A model generated the notes under the pieces. The model saw nothing but the letters and a program-made list of their open reading frames with translations. It was not told the origin of the DNA and did not search any database. A program made the translations under genes and the position numbers. A DNA stretch of 36,825 nucleotides from Rickettsiales bacterium. GTDB taxonomy: Bacteria > Pseudomonadota > Alphaproteobacteria > Rickettsiales > UBA1997. Numbering within the stretch: position 1 is the stretch's first letter; every line of letters begins with the position of its first letter. Positions 16,539 through 27,632 of the stretch are shown piece by piece. The stretch covers positions 1-36,825 of the forward strand of contig JAUMFK010000076.1 of assembly GCA_032119875.1 (NCBI GenBank), in the 5' to 3' direction.

Positions 16539-17271
16539 ATGCCCAAAAATATCTTTTCATTCTGCAAATCATTGCTTTTTTACATAGTTCTATTTTTATT
16601 TAGCTTTTTAATTCCTGCAATATTTTTTATTCCATCAGTTATTTTTAAAAGCAGTAAAATCGCCGACTATGGTGCTAAAATTTGGGCTAAAATTATTATT
16701 TTTTCTTTAAAAAATATATGCGGCATCAGTTATCAAGTAATCAACCAAAGCAATATTCCAAATTTTCCTTGTATTTTTGCATGCAAACATCAATCTATGT
16801 GGGAAACAATAATTATGCATCTTATTATTAATCGCCCAGTTTATGCTTATAAAACCGAGCTTTTAAAAATACCTTTTTACGGTTGGTTTTTAAATGCTAT
16901 GAGTGGTATTAAAGTAAAACGAAAAGCTGGTGCCAGTGCTTTAAAATATGTTTTGCAACAAGCAAAAAAATATCTAAACATAAATCAATCAATTGTTATT
17001 TTTCCACAAGGAACTCGAGTAGAAGTGTTTAGTGAAATTTCGCAATATCCTTATCAACCAGGCATTATTGCTCTTTATCAAAACTGCGGGGTTCCTGTGG
17101 TGCCAATTGCTCTAAATTCTGGAATTTTTTGGCCAAAAAAACTTTTTAGCCAAAAGTCGGGAACAATTCTTATTGAATTTTTACCACCAATCAATATCGG
17201 TTTAAACAAACAACAATTTATCCAAACTCTCACCGAACAGCTCGAAAAAAAATCAAAACAATTAGCCACAA

Positions 17272-17279
<8 letters not shown>
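16539..17279 (+). CDS. plsC: 1-acyl-sn-glycerol-3-phosphate acyltransferase
   Basis: N-terminal TM helix. Acyltransferase block I is KHQSMWE, an H-x4-E variant of H-x4-D. Block III is FPQGTR. Confidence 0.8.
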
Positions 17280-18845
<1,566 letters not shown>

Positions 18846-18900
18846 TAAAATATTGCAACAGATTTTTTAAAAAACAAATTGCCACAGCTTTAATTAAAAA

Positions 18901-20481
18901 ATGAACACAAAAAATATTAAGTATTCTAGATTAAGTTTTATTTTTATTGTTATCATTTTGATTTTTATTTTTATAATTTTCAAAATGATAACTCTAGTTT
19001 TAAATCAAGATAAAAAAATTAACCATCTCTATAATAATAACAAATTAAATTCTAGAGCCGATATCTACGATAGAAATGGCATTTTAGTTGCCACCGACTT
19101 AAAAACAAAATCTCTTTATTTAAACTCTAATTTAGCAAGAAATAGTCAATTTATTGCTAAAACTTTACCAATTATTTTTAACGATATTTCCGAAAAAGAG
19201 TTATTGAAAAAAATAGTTGAAAATAATAAACAACAAATTTTAATCAAAAGAAATCTTACTCCTTCGCAAGTAGAGAAGGTAAAAAAACTCGAAATCGCTG
19301 GTTTAATTTTTGAAGAAGATCTCATCAGAATCTACCCTCAAAAATCAATTGTAAGCCACTATGTAGGCTACACCGATTCTGATCGCAATGGTTTAGCTGG
19401 TATTGAAATGCAATATAATAAACAATTGCTAAACAACAAACCAGTTTATCTTTCTCTTGATATTAGAGTGCAAGATATTTTACACAACGAACTAATCAAG
19501 GCAAAAGAGCAATTCAAAGCTAAAAATGTTGGGGGGTTAATTTTAAATGTTAATACTGGCGAAATTTTAGCCCTTTCTTCTTTACCATCTTTTGATCCTA
19601 ATTTACAAAGCGAAGCCAATCCAGAGCAACGATTTAATATGATAACTGGAGGAGTTTATGAGCTTGGTTCGGTAATGAAACTTTTTACTAATGCCCTAGC
19701 TTTAGAAAAAAAATTAATCAATTTAAAAACCACTTTTTCGGTAAAAGAACCAATAAAATATGGCAGGTTCACCATTAAAGATCATGATTTTCATCAAGAA
19801 ATTCTTGATGTTAACCAAATATTTGCCTATTCTTCCAATATCGGCACCATCAAAATTGCCGAAAAATTTGGCCCCAAAGCTCAACAAGAATTTTTCACAA
19901 AACTAGGTTTTCTAAACAAAATCACTGCCGATTTCCCGGGGCTAGGCAGGCCACTTTATCCTAAACACTGGCGAGATATCAATATGTTCACCATCTCTTA
20001 TGGTCATGGCTTGGCAACTACACCACTGCATTTTGCTATCGCCGCTTCAGCTATGATAAATGGTGGCAATTTACTTTCTCCAATATTCATCAAAAATCAA
20101 TATAAACTAAATGAATCGAAGGTAATTAGCCAAGAAACCACTGAAAATCTTAAAAAAATGTTAAGAAATGTAGTAGAAAACGGCACTGGTAAATTTGCTA
20201 ATGTTGATGGCTACGAGGTTGGCGGTAAAACTGGCACAGCAGACCGAGCCGAAAATGGAAGCTACAACGAAAAGCAAACTCTAGCATCTTTTGTTGGCAT
20301 ATTTCCAATTAGTAAACCTCAATATCTAGTTTATATTTTATTTGATAGACCAAACAATATTTACAATACCGCAGGCATGATTGCCGCTCCTATTGCAGGT
20401 AAAATTATTAAAAACATCGCCCCAATTTTAGAGGTGATGCCAATTTCTAATAACAAATCAAATGATAAAAAACATGAATAA
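18901..20481 (+). CDS. ftsI: Class B penicillin-binding protein / peptidoglycan D,D-transpeptidase (FtsI/PBP3-like)
   Basis: N-terminal TM helix plus the SxxK motif (GSVMK), SSN (AYSSNIG) and KTGT (GGKTGTA). Confidence 0.85.
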   Translation: MNTKNIKYSRLSFIFIVIILIFIFIIFKMITLVLNQDKKINHLYNNNKLNSRADIYDRNGILVATDLKTKSLYLNSNLARNSQFIAKTLPIIFNDISEKELLKKIVENNKQQILIKRNLTPSQVEKVKKLEIAGLIFEEDLIRIYPQKSIVSHYVGYTDSDRNGLAGIEMQYNKQLLNNKPVYLSLDIRVQDILHNELIKAKEQFKAKNVGGLILNVNTGEILALSSLPSFDPNLQSEANPEQRFNMITGGVYELGSVMKLFTNALALEKKLINLKTTFSVKEPIKYGRFTIKDHDFHQEILDVNQIFAYSSNIGTIKIAEKFGPKAQQEFFTKLGFLNKITADFPGLGRPLYPKHWRDINMFTISYGHGLATTPLHFAIAASAMINGGNLLSPIFIKNQYKLNESKVISQETTENLKKMLRNVVENGTGKFANVDGYEVGGKTGTADRAENGSYNEKQTLASFVGIFPISKPQYLVYILFDRPNNIYNTAGMIAAPIAGKIIKNIAPILEVMPISNNKSNDKKHE

Positions 20482-20968
20482 TAAAATCGCTATTTATCCG
20501 GGCAGTTTTGATCCTATCACCTTTGGGCATCTTGATATTATTATTAGAGCCAGTGCAATATTTGAAAAACTTATTGTAGGAGTTGCTTATGATAATATTA
20601 AAAATTCTCTATTTTCGGTTGCAGAAAGAATAAATCTAATTCAACACGAAATTAATCATCACAATCTTAATGAAAAAGTTTTTGCCACTTCTTTTAGCGG
20701 TTTGTTGGTTGATTTTGCCAAGCAAAACCAAGCAATAGCAATTGTTAGAGGCTTAAGAGCGGTATCAGATTTTGAATACGAATTTCAAATGTTTGGTATG
20801 AATTCTACTCTTAATTCTAATATTCAAACTATTTTTTTACCAGCATCAAAAAATCATCATTTTACCGCTTCTCGTTTTGTTAAAGAAGTTGCCAGGCTTG
20901 GTGGCAACACTTCTGAATTTGTTTCTCAAAATGTCGCTATACAATTACAAAAAAAATATGCAAAATAA
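20462..20968 (+). CDS. coaD: Phosphopantetheine adenylyltransferase
   Basis: Nucleotidyltransferase motif YPGSFDPITFGHLDI. The true start may be the Met at 20474 (MNNKIAIYPG). Confidence 0.9.
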   Translation: MIKNMNNKIAIYPGSFDPITFGHLDIIIRASAIFEKLIVGVAYDNIKNSLFSVAERINLIQHEINHHNLNEKVFATSFSGLLVDFAKQNQAIAIVRGLRAVSDFEYEFQMFGMNSTLNSNIQTIFLPASKNHHFTASRFVKEVARLGGNTSEFVSQNVAIQLQKKYAK

Positions 20969-21953
20969 ATCAGAAATTTGGCTACTGCTCGATAATCGCC
21001 CCGGAACCTCTAATCAGGCAATGGCCTTGGCAAATTCCACCAAAATGATACAACATAAATTTTTTCTTGATTATAATTATTTAGCAAATCTACCAAACTC
21101 TACTTTTGGCATTGATTACTGTTTATTGCGCTTAAAAAATAAACATATTTTTGAAAATTTCAGCTATTTTCCGTCTTATATTATTTCTGCTGGCAGAAGG
21201 GCGGCAATTTTTGCTTTATATCTACATAAGCAAGCCAAAAAAGAAGCCAAAAAAGAAAATTTTGCTTTGCCAAAATTAATTCAAATTATGAATCCAGAAC
21301 TTCCTTTTCATTTATTTGATTGGATAATTTTACCAAACCACGATCAAAAACCAAATTTACCGAAAAATGTTTTGTTTAGTGTAGGTGGCTTGGCTAATTT
21401 TGATGATACAAAAATTCGCAATATTAGTTTTAACAATAACTTACTTGCTAAAATTGATCAAAATAAACCTATCATCGCTCTTTTAATAGGCGGATCTTTT
21501 GCCAAAAAACAAAATTTTTCGTTAGAGATTTTTTTACAACTCTATCAACAAATATCTAGCATTGCCAACAAAATGCAAGCTCAATTAATTGTTTTAAATA
21601 GCAAAAGAACTAGCTTTGCTATTAATAATTTTTTACAACAACAAGCAAATATTATTTTTCATAATTGGCATCAAAGTGGCAGTGATTATTATTTACAAAC
21701 TCTTGCTTTAGCTAATTTTTTAGTTATTACTGGCGATTCTGTTTCGATGATCTCCGAAAGCCTTTCTACTGGCAAACCTGTTTATATTTTTAGTCACCCG
21801 CAAATCATTACAAGTAAGCATAATTTATTTCACCAACAATTACAGCAAGAAAATTTGGCTCAAATATTGTTGCCAAACCATACAACCCTTACTAAATATA
21901 GTTATTCAGCACTAAATGAAGCTCAAAGATTATCAAAAATAATATTTCATTAA
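20958..21953 (+). CDS. ELM1/DUF1022-family protein (bacterial homologue of the mitochondrial fission ELM1 family; function unknown)
   Basis: The N-terminal IWLLLDNRPGTSNQAMALA matches my memory of the family's conserved RxGxxNQ start. I moved the start to the internal ATG at 20958 because the track ORF start at 20877 lies inside coaD. Confidence 0.6.
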   Translation: MQNKSEIWLLLDNRPGTSNQAMALANSTKMIQHKFFLDYNYLANLPNSTFGIDYCLLRLKNKHIFENFSYFPSYIISAGRRAAIFALYLHKQAKKEAKKENFALPKLIQIMNPELPFHLFDWIILPNHDQKPNLPKNVLFSVGGLANFDDTKIRNISFNNNLLAKIDQNKPIIALLIGGSFAKKQNFSLEIFLQLYQQISSIANKMQAQLIVLNSKRTSFAINNFLQQQANIIFHNWHQSGSDYYLQTLALANFLVITGDSVSMISESLSTGKPVYIFSHPQIITSKHNLFHQQLQQENLAQILLPNHTTLTKYSYSALNEAQRLSKIIFH

Positions 21954-22055
21954 AATTATAAAAAAAATCTTGCTATTTTTATTTTGTTGTTTTAAAATAT
22001 TTTGCATCTAAAATTACCTTAATATTGAAGATATTCTTTAATACTAGATTTTTTA

Positions 22056-22131
22056 GAGCACGTAGCTCAGTCGGTAGAGCACCTCACTTTTAATGAGGTT
22101 GTCGTTGGTTCGATTCCAACCGTGCTCACCA
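22056..22131 (+). tRNA. tRNA-Lys (anticodon TTT), CCA encoded
   Basis: GAGCACG-TA-GCTCAGTCGGTAGAGC-A-CCTCA-CTTTTAA-TGAGG-TTGTC-GTTGG-TTCGATT-CCAAC-CGTGCTC-A-CCA. Confidence 0.9.
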
Positions 22132-22142
22132 CCATTTTTTTT

Positions 22143-22850
22143 ATGAAAATAGATTTCATTATTGTTAAAATGATCTTTATTTTTTTGCTTGTGCTTGCTA
22201 TTGCCTTTAGCTTTGTTGTTAAAAATATTTATCAATCTTCTAGCGAAAAACAATTATACATTCAAATTACTAAAATTCAGCAACAAATAAATTCTTTTTA
22301 TACAAAATATCAAGCTTTACCTGGCGATATTTCTAATGCTTTTGAGTTAAAATTAAGTAACTATCCCACAAATGGCAATGCCGACGGTATTATTACCGAT
22401 TCAATATCTGAAAACACTTTATTTGATGGTGAAATAGCTAATTTTTGGCTTCATCTTGGTAATTTTGAAATGCTATCTGAAAAATACGACGGTTTTAGTA
22501 GCGAATCGGCTCGAATTGGTTTTAGCATGCCAAAAGCTTTAGGTGTATCAAAAAATAACGAAACAGGTATTATTGCTTTTGGCAAATTAATTAATAATCA
22601 GAAAACTAATTTTTTGCATCTGGGCTTTAGCGAAGCTGATGCTACCAAGCTTTATACCAAGCCCGTTCTTTCTGCCGCAAAAGCTTATGATCTCGATAAA
22701 AAATTTGATGATAGTTTACCAAATTCTGGCAAAATATTAGCCAAAACTGGGCAAACCTTAAACGATAATTCTAGGCAAGAAAGTTGCTTACAAAACAACA
22801 AATACTTAACAACTAATCAAATTGCCTGTCAACTACTTTTTTCTTTTTAA
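22143..22850 (+). CDS. Hypothetical membrane-anchored or secreted protein with pilin-like architecture
   Basis: Start moved to the first ATG after the tRNA. It has an N-terminal hydrophobic helix (MIFIFLLVLAIAFSFVV), then a helical QLYIQITKIQQQINSFYTKYQALPGD segment, and a C-terminal Cys-x13-Cys pair (CLQNNKYLTTNQIAC). There is no canonical G/FTLIE prepilin site. Confidence 0.55.
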   Translation: MKIDFIIVKMIFIFLLVLAIAFSFVVKNIYQSSSEKQLYIQITKIQQQINSFYTKYQALPGDISNAFELKLSNYPTNGNADGIITDSISENTLFDGEIANFWLHLGNFEMLSEKYDGFSSESARIGFSMPKALGVSKNNETGIIAFGKLINNQKTNFLHLGFSEADATKLYTKPVLSAAKAYDLDKKFDDSLPNSGKILAKTGQTLNDNSRQESCLQNNKYLTTNQIACQLLFSF

Positions 22851-22853
22851 TTT

Positions 22854-23894
22854 ATGCAAAAAACCGCAGTTATTTTATTTAATCTAGGAGGGCCTAGCAA
22901 CCTAGAAGAAGTTAAACCTTTTTTATTTAACTTATTTAACGATAAAGCCATTATTTCTTTACCGCAACCTTTTCGGTTTTTATTGGCAAAATTAATTTCT
23001 CACAAAAGAACCCCTAAATCTCAAAATATTTACAAGCAAATTAACAATAAATCTCCGATACTTGCCATTACCTCTGCCCAAGCCGAATGTTTAGAAAAAG
23101 AACTCTCTTTTTATGGTGATTATCAAGTTTTTGTAAATATGCGATACACCAAGCCAAATTCTTTAGAAGTAGTTAAAAAAATTAAAGCTTATAAACCTGA
23201 TAATGTGGTTTTATTGCCACTTTACCCGCAATTTTCAAGCACTACTTCGGCATCTTCTATTAACGATTTTTTAGCAAATTTTAAAAATAACGATGTTAAA
23301 ATTATTTGTTGTTACCCTACCGAAACTAGCTTTATTAAAGCACATAGCCACTTGATTTTGGCGATTTTACAAAAACTTACTCAACCAGAATTAGCAAAAG
23401 CTAAAATTTTATTCTCTGCTCACGGCTTGCCTCAAAAAATTATCAATGCTGGCGATCCTTATGTGTATCAGGTAGAGCAAACAGTTGCTCAAGTTATTGC
23501 TAATCTACAAAATTTAGGCTATCAAAATCTCGATTATCAAATTTGTTATCAATCAAAAGTTGGCCCATTAAAATGGACCACACCTAGCCTAGAAGATTGC
23601 TTAAGAAAAACCGCCATTGACAACAAAATTGCTATCATTACCCCAATTGCCTTTGTTTCTGATCACTCCGAAACACTAGTTGAACTCGATATCGAATACA
23701 AAGAACTAGCTCTTGAACTTGGCATTGCACAATATCATCGCATTGCTTCACTAAATTTACATAACGATTTTATCAATAGCTTAACTCAAATGGTTTTAAA
23801 CACTAAACAACACCAAAATAAATTTTTCTGTGGCACTTCTTGCTTACGAAATTGTCCAAAAAATTTTAAACTATGCCCACATAATTCGGTTTAA
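22854..23894 (+). CDS. hemH: Ferrochelatase
   Basis: Motifs LFNLGGP and FSAHGLP. The length and the C-terminal Cys cluster are typical. Confidence 0.9.
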   Translation: MQKTAVILFNLGGPSNLEEVKPFLFNLFNDKAIISLPQPFRFLLAKLISHKRTPKSQNIYKQINNKSPILAITSAQAECLEKELSFYGDYQVFVNMRYTKPNSLEVVKKIKAYKPDNVVLLPLYPQFSSTTSASSINDFLANFKNNDVKIICCYPTETSFIKAHSHLILAILQKLTQPELAKAKILFSAHGLPQKIINAGDPYVYQVEQTVAQVIANLQNLGYQNLDYQICYQSKVGPLKWTTPSLEDCLRKTAIDNKIAIITPIAFVSDHSETLVELDIEYKELALELGIAQYHRIASLNLHNDFINSLTQMVLNTKQHQNKFFCGTSCLRNCPKNFKLCPHNSV

Positions 23895-23904
23895 AGCTTT
23901 CTTT

Positions 23905-24420
23905 ATGATTATTGTCGATATCTTACAAAAAAGCACTAGGTGGCAACAACAAAAAAACATACATAATTTTTTATTAAAAACCACTAAACATATTTTACCA
24001 TACACTAGTTTAACAAATTTTTTGCAAAAAAAATCTAATACCTTGCAATTAAACATTATTTTGCTTGCCGATTTACAAATAAAAAAAATCAACCAACAAT
24101 TTAGACAACAAAACAAACCTACTAATGTTTTATCTTTTGCCAATCTAAACGAAACAGAGCTACATAACAAAAATATCAATCAAGTGCTTGGCAAGAGTAA
24201 TTTTGTTGTTTTAGGCGATCTTTTATTTGCTTATCAAACTATTCAAAAAGAAGCACATCAGCAAAATAAAACCTTTCAAAACCACCTCACTCATTTGCTT
24301 GTGCATGGTATTTTACATTTATTAGGCAACGATCATAAGCAACCAGAAATGGCAAAAATTATGGAGGAGCAAGAAATTTTCATTTTAAATACTCTTAACA
24401 TTACTAACCCTTACTTATGA
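23905..24420 (+). CDS. ybeY: rRNA maturation endoribonuclease YbeY
   Basis: Metal-binding motif HLLVHGILHLLGNDH. Start set at the ATG at 23905, just after the hemH stop; the track ORF start at 23830 overlaps hemH. Confidence 0.85.
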   Translation: MIIVDILQKSTRWQQQKNIHNFLLKTTKHILPYTSLTNFLQKKSNTLQLNIILLADLQIKKINQQFRQQNKPTNVLSFANLNETELHNKNINQVLGKSNFVVLGDLLFAYQTIQKEAHQQNKTFQNHLTHLLVHGILHLLGNDHKQPEMAKIMEEQEIFILNTLNITNPYL

Positions 24421-25298
24421 CTATTTTCTCTCAAAAAATATTACCAACTTTTAGCAAAATTTACCAGCTTTTAAAAAATATCTTTGGCAAGAAAACTAAA
24501 AAATCTTTTGCCAGTGTAATTAATCATATCACCGAAACTTTTGCCTCTGAAGGGCTAATTTCAAGCGAAGAAAAAAAAATATTTCGCAATATCGTGGGCT
24601 TTGCCGATAAAAAAATCAACACCATCATGACCAACCGTTCCGATATTATCGCCATCAAGCAAACCGCCAGCCTCGAAGAAATCAAAACCATTATCAACGA
24701 AGATCAGCACACTAGAATTCCAATTTATGCCGAAACTTTCGACAACATTACAGGCTTTATTCATAGCAAAGATCTAGCAAAATTTTTATCAAAACAACAT
24801 CAAGAAACCTTTCAAATCAGCAAAATTATCAGAAAAATCTTGTTTTTTCCGTGTTCCATGAAACTTATTGATGTGCTGATGCTAATGCGCTTGTCAAGAG
24901 TGCATATTGGCATTGTGCTCGACGAATTTGGCGGAGTTGATGGCTTGGTTACTATCGAAAATATTGTTGAAGAAATTGTTGGACAAATAGAAGACGAACA
25001 CGATTTGCCTTTAGAAAGTGCTTTTTTTCAAATAAAAGAGCTAAACAACAATGTTTTTCATCTTGGAGGCAGAGTGGCGGTGGCAAAACTTGCAGAAATA
25101 GTTGGCTTTCCGATAGAAGAAGAAAACATCGATACTGTGGCAGGCTTGGTTATTTCGTCATTTAAAAGACTCCCTGAAATCAACGAAGAAATTGAAAAAT
25201 TTGGTATTAATTTTAAAGTAATAGATGTTGATAATCGCACTATCAAAACTGTTGCGATTCAGATTAACCAAAAACAACTAAACAAAAAGTTGTTTTAA
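24417..25298 (+). CDS. corC: CBS-pair plus CorC/HlyC-domain protein (CorC/TlyC family)
   Basis: The conserved ybeY-corC gene order, 4-nt overlap with ybeY, and the typical LVTIENIVEEIVGQIEDEHD segment. Confidence 0.8.
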   Translation: MTIFSQKILPTFSKIYQLLKNIFGKKTKKSFASVINHITETFASEGLISSEEKKIFRNIVGFADKKINTIMTNRSDIIAIKQTASLEEIKTIINEDQHTRIPIYAETFDNITGFIHSKDLAKFLSKQHQETFQISKIIRKILFFPCSMKLIDVLMLMRLSRVHIGIVLDEFGGVDGLVTIENIVEEIVGQIEDEHDLPLESAFFQIKELNNNVFHLGGRVAVAKLAEIVGFPIEEENIDTVAGLVISSFKRLPEINEEIEKFGINFKVIDVDNRTIKTVAIQINQKQLNKKLF

Positions 25299-25319
25299 AA
25301 TTTAAACTACTATCAACAA

Positions 25320-26705
25320 ATGTTTTCTCAATATTTTGCAGCCAAGAAAAAATTATACCCCCAACATGTAAAAGGCAAAATTCGCTCTTTAAAAAATTGG
25401 TTAAATTTCTTATTATTAAGTATTTACATTTTTTCACCCTACCTTCGTTTTGATAGAAAAAATTCAGCTCCTAATCAAGCAATCTTGATTGATTTTAAAA
25501 CCGATGTAATATATTTTTTCTTCATCGAAATCTGGCCGCAAGAAATTTATTACTTGGCAGGAATTTTAGTTTTATCTGCTCTAACACTGTTTTTTATAAC
25601 TTCTTTATTTGGTAGAGTTTGGTGCGGATATGCTTGTTTTCAAACAGTCTGGACCGATCTATTTATTGCAGTTGAAAGATTTTGGCAAGGCGATAGAAAC
25701 ACTAGAATTTTACTTGATCGCCACCACAATCTAAAATATTATCAAAAAAAAATCTGCACTCATTTTTGCTGGATAATCATTTCGCTTTTTACAGGAGTAG
25801 TTTTTGTAAGCTATTTTAACGATGTGTTTGTGATTTATAAACAAATTATCACCCTACAACTTTCGCCTGCTGTTTTAGGCTGGATTATTGGCATTGGCTT
25901 TGCCACTTATCTTATGGCTGGCTTTGCCAGAGAGCATGTTTGCACCTATATGTGCCCATATGCCCGATTTCAATCGGCAATGTTTGATAACGAAACCTTA
26001 ATTGTTTCTTATCAACATAAAAGAGGCGAACCCAGGCAAAAACATCATCAAAACGATGATTTTAACCAAAGAGGGCATTGCATTGATTGCAAACAATGTG
26101 TAGTGGTTTGCCCTGTTGGTATTGATATTCGTGATGGCTTACAAATGCAATGTATCGCTTGCGGTTTATGTATTGATGCTTGCGATAACATAATGAAAAA
26201 GCTTGATTTACCCACAGGTTTAATTCGCTACGATACTTTACAAAACTTAAACACTAACCCAAATTTGTTTAGTGTGCAAAAAGCCAAGTTTTTTCGCCCT
26301 CGAACTTTGTATTATTTGGTTATTATTAGCATTATTTGCACAGCGATTATGTTTGGCTTGGTCACCAAAAAACCAGTGTCAGTTTCAGTTTTGCAAGAAA
26401 GAAACCCACTTTATGTGTTGTTAAGCAACGGATCTATTCGCAATACTTATCAATTAAACATCGCTAACAAAAGCCATCATGCCAAAAAACTTGCACTTAC
26501 CACAAGCCATAGCAATTTGTTAGATTTAAAAATTTTAAATCAAGAACATAATTTTATTGAGCTAAAACCACAAGCATTAAGCGAATTTAAGGTTTTTCTC
26601 ACCACTAAACACAAAATTATTAACACCGAAAATTTAGTTATAGATTTCATCTTAACCGATAATCAAGAAATCTACCAAACTTCGGCGATATTATTTCTGC
26701 CATAA
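25320..26705 (+). CDS. ccoG: Cytochrome c oxidase accessory protein CcoG/FixG
   Basis: Multi-TM N-terminus and two ferredoxin-type Cys clusters, CIDCKQCVVVCP and CIACGLCIDAC. Confidence 0.85.
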   Translation: MFSQYFAAKKKLYPQHVKGKIRSLKNWLNFLLLSIYIFSPYLRFDRKNSAPNQAILIDFKTDVIYFFFIEIWPQEIYYLAGILVLSALTLFFITSLFGRVWCGYACFQTVWTDLFIAVERFWQGDRNTRILLDRHHNLKYYQKKICTHFCWIIISLFTGVVFVSYFNDVFVIYKQIITLQLSPAVLGWIIGIGFATYLMAGFAREHVCTYMCPYARFQSAMFDNETLIVSYQHKRGEPRQKHHQNDDFNQRGHCIDCKQCVVVCPVGIDIRDGLQMQCIACGLCIDACDNIMKKLDLPTGLIRYDTLQNLNTNPNLFSVQKAKFFRPRTLYYLVIISIICTAIMFGLVTKKPVSVSVLQERNPLYVLLSNGSIRNTYQLNIANKSHHAKKLALTTSHSNLLDLKILNQEHNFIELKPQALSEFKVFLTTKHKIINTENLVIDFILTDNQEIYQTSAILFLP

Positions 26706-26726
26706 ATCTAGGTGTAATATTTTTTG

Positions 26727-27632
26727 TTAAGCTGATAAACATTCTAAAATTGCCATGCGAACCGCCACTCCTGCTTTTACTTGGTTTAAAATGCAAGATT
26801 TATCAACATCATAAGCAAGATTAGTATCTATTTCAACTTGACGATTAATTGGCCCTGGATGCAAAATAATTGCTTTAGGAGCTAATTGAATTTTATGATT
26901 ATCTAGACCATAAAGCTGAAAATATTCATCAAAAGAAGCTATATAACAACTTTCCATTCTTTCTTGCTGTAAACGAAGCATCATGATAACATCGGCATCG
27001 GCAATTGCTGTTGATAATTTTTGGCATATTTTTACATTATAATTTTTAAGCCACTGCTCATAGCCAAAAGGCAAAAGAGTGGGAGGAGTGTTAATTTGAA
27101 TTTCACAGCCAAATTTACTTAATAAAAAAATATTAGATCGAGCAACTCTTGAATGCAAAACATCGCCACAAATTGCCACTTTTAAACCGTAAAGAGTTTT
27201 CTTATGCTCTAAAATAGTAAAAGCATCAAGCAAAGCTTGCGAAGGATGTTCGTTGGTGCCATCGCCTGCACTAATTAGACTAGCTGAAATATGTTTTTGT
27301 AAAATCTGTAAAATTCCACTAGAATTATGACGAATTGCCACAAAATCTGGCCCCATAGCCGAAATTGTTTTAGCAGTATCGGTAATTGTTTCACCTTTTT
27401 TTAAAGACGAAAGCGAAATATCGAGGTTAATAACTTCGGCTCCCATTTTTTTTGCCGATAATTCAAAAGACATTCTAGTTCTGGTGGAGTTTTCAAAAAA
27501 AAAATTTACCAATAATTTACCTTTTAAAATATCAAAATATTGTTTAGGGTGATAATAATAAAACTTTGCTACATCAAGTATTTGCAATATTTGCTGCGGT
27601 TGTAAAGGCAAAATAGAAAGTAGATTATTCAT
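26727..27632 (-). CDS. pyrB: Aspartate carbamoyltransferase catalytic chain
   Basis: Motifs FFENSTRTR, EHPSQALLD and HPGP. Confidence 0.92.
   Translation of the reverse strand: MNNLLSILPLQPQQILQILDVAKFYYYHPKQYFDILKGKLLVNFFFENSTRTRMSFELSAKKMGAEVINLDISLSSLKKGETITDTAKTISAMGPDFVAIRHNSSGILQILQKHISASLISAGDGTNEHPSQALLDAFTILEHKKTLYGLKVAICGDVLHSRVARSNIFLLSKFGCEIQINTPPTLLPFGYEQWLKNYNVKICQKLSTAIADADVIMMLRLQQERMESCYIASFDEYFQLYGLDNHKIQLAPKAIILHPGPINRQVEIDTNLAYDVDKSCILNQVKAGVAVRMAILECLSA

Noticed and set aside
20877-20957. Upstream extension of the ELM1-like ORF inside coaD. Likewise 23830-23904, the extension of ybeY inside hemH.
   Set aside because: These long overlaps with the well-supported upstream genes are unlikely. 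In-frame internal ATGs sit right at the end of the upstream gene and keep the conserved N-terminal motifs.
22053-22253. 66-aa minus-strand track ORF, and the first 7 codons of the 22122-22850 ORF.
   Set aside because: Both overlap tRNA-Lys (22056-22131). The plus-strand CDS was restarted at the first ATG after the tRNA (22143).
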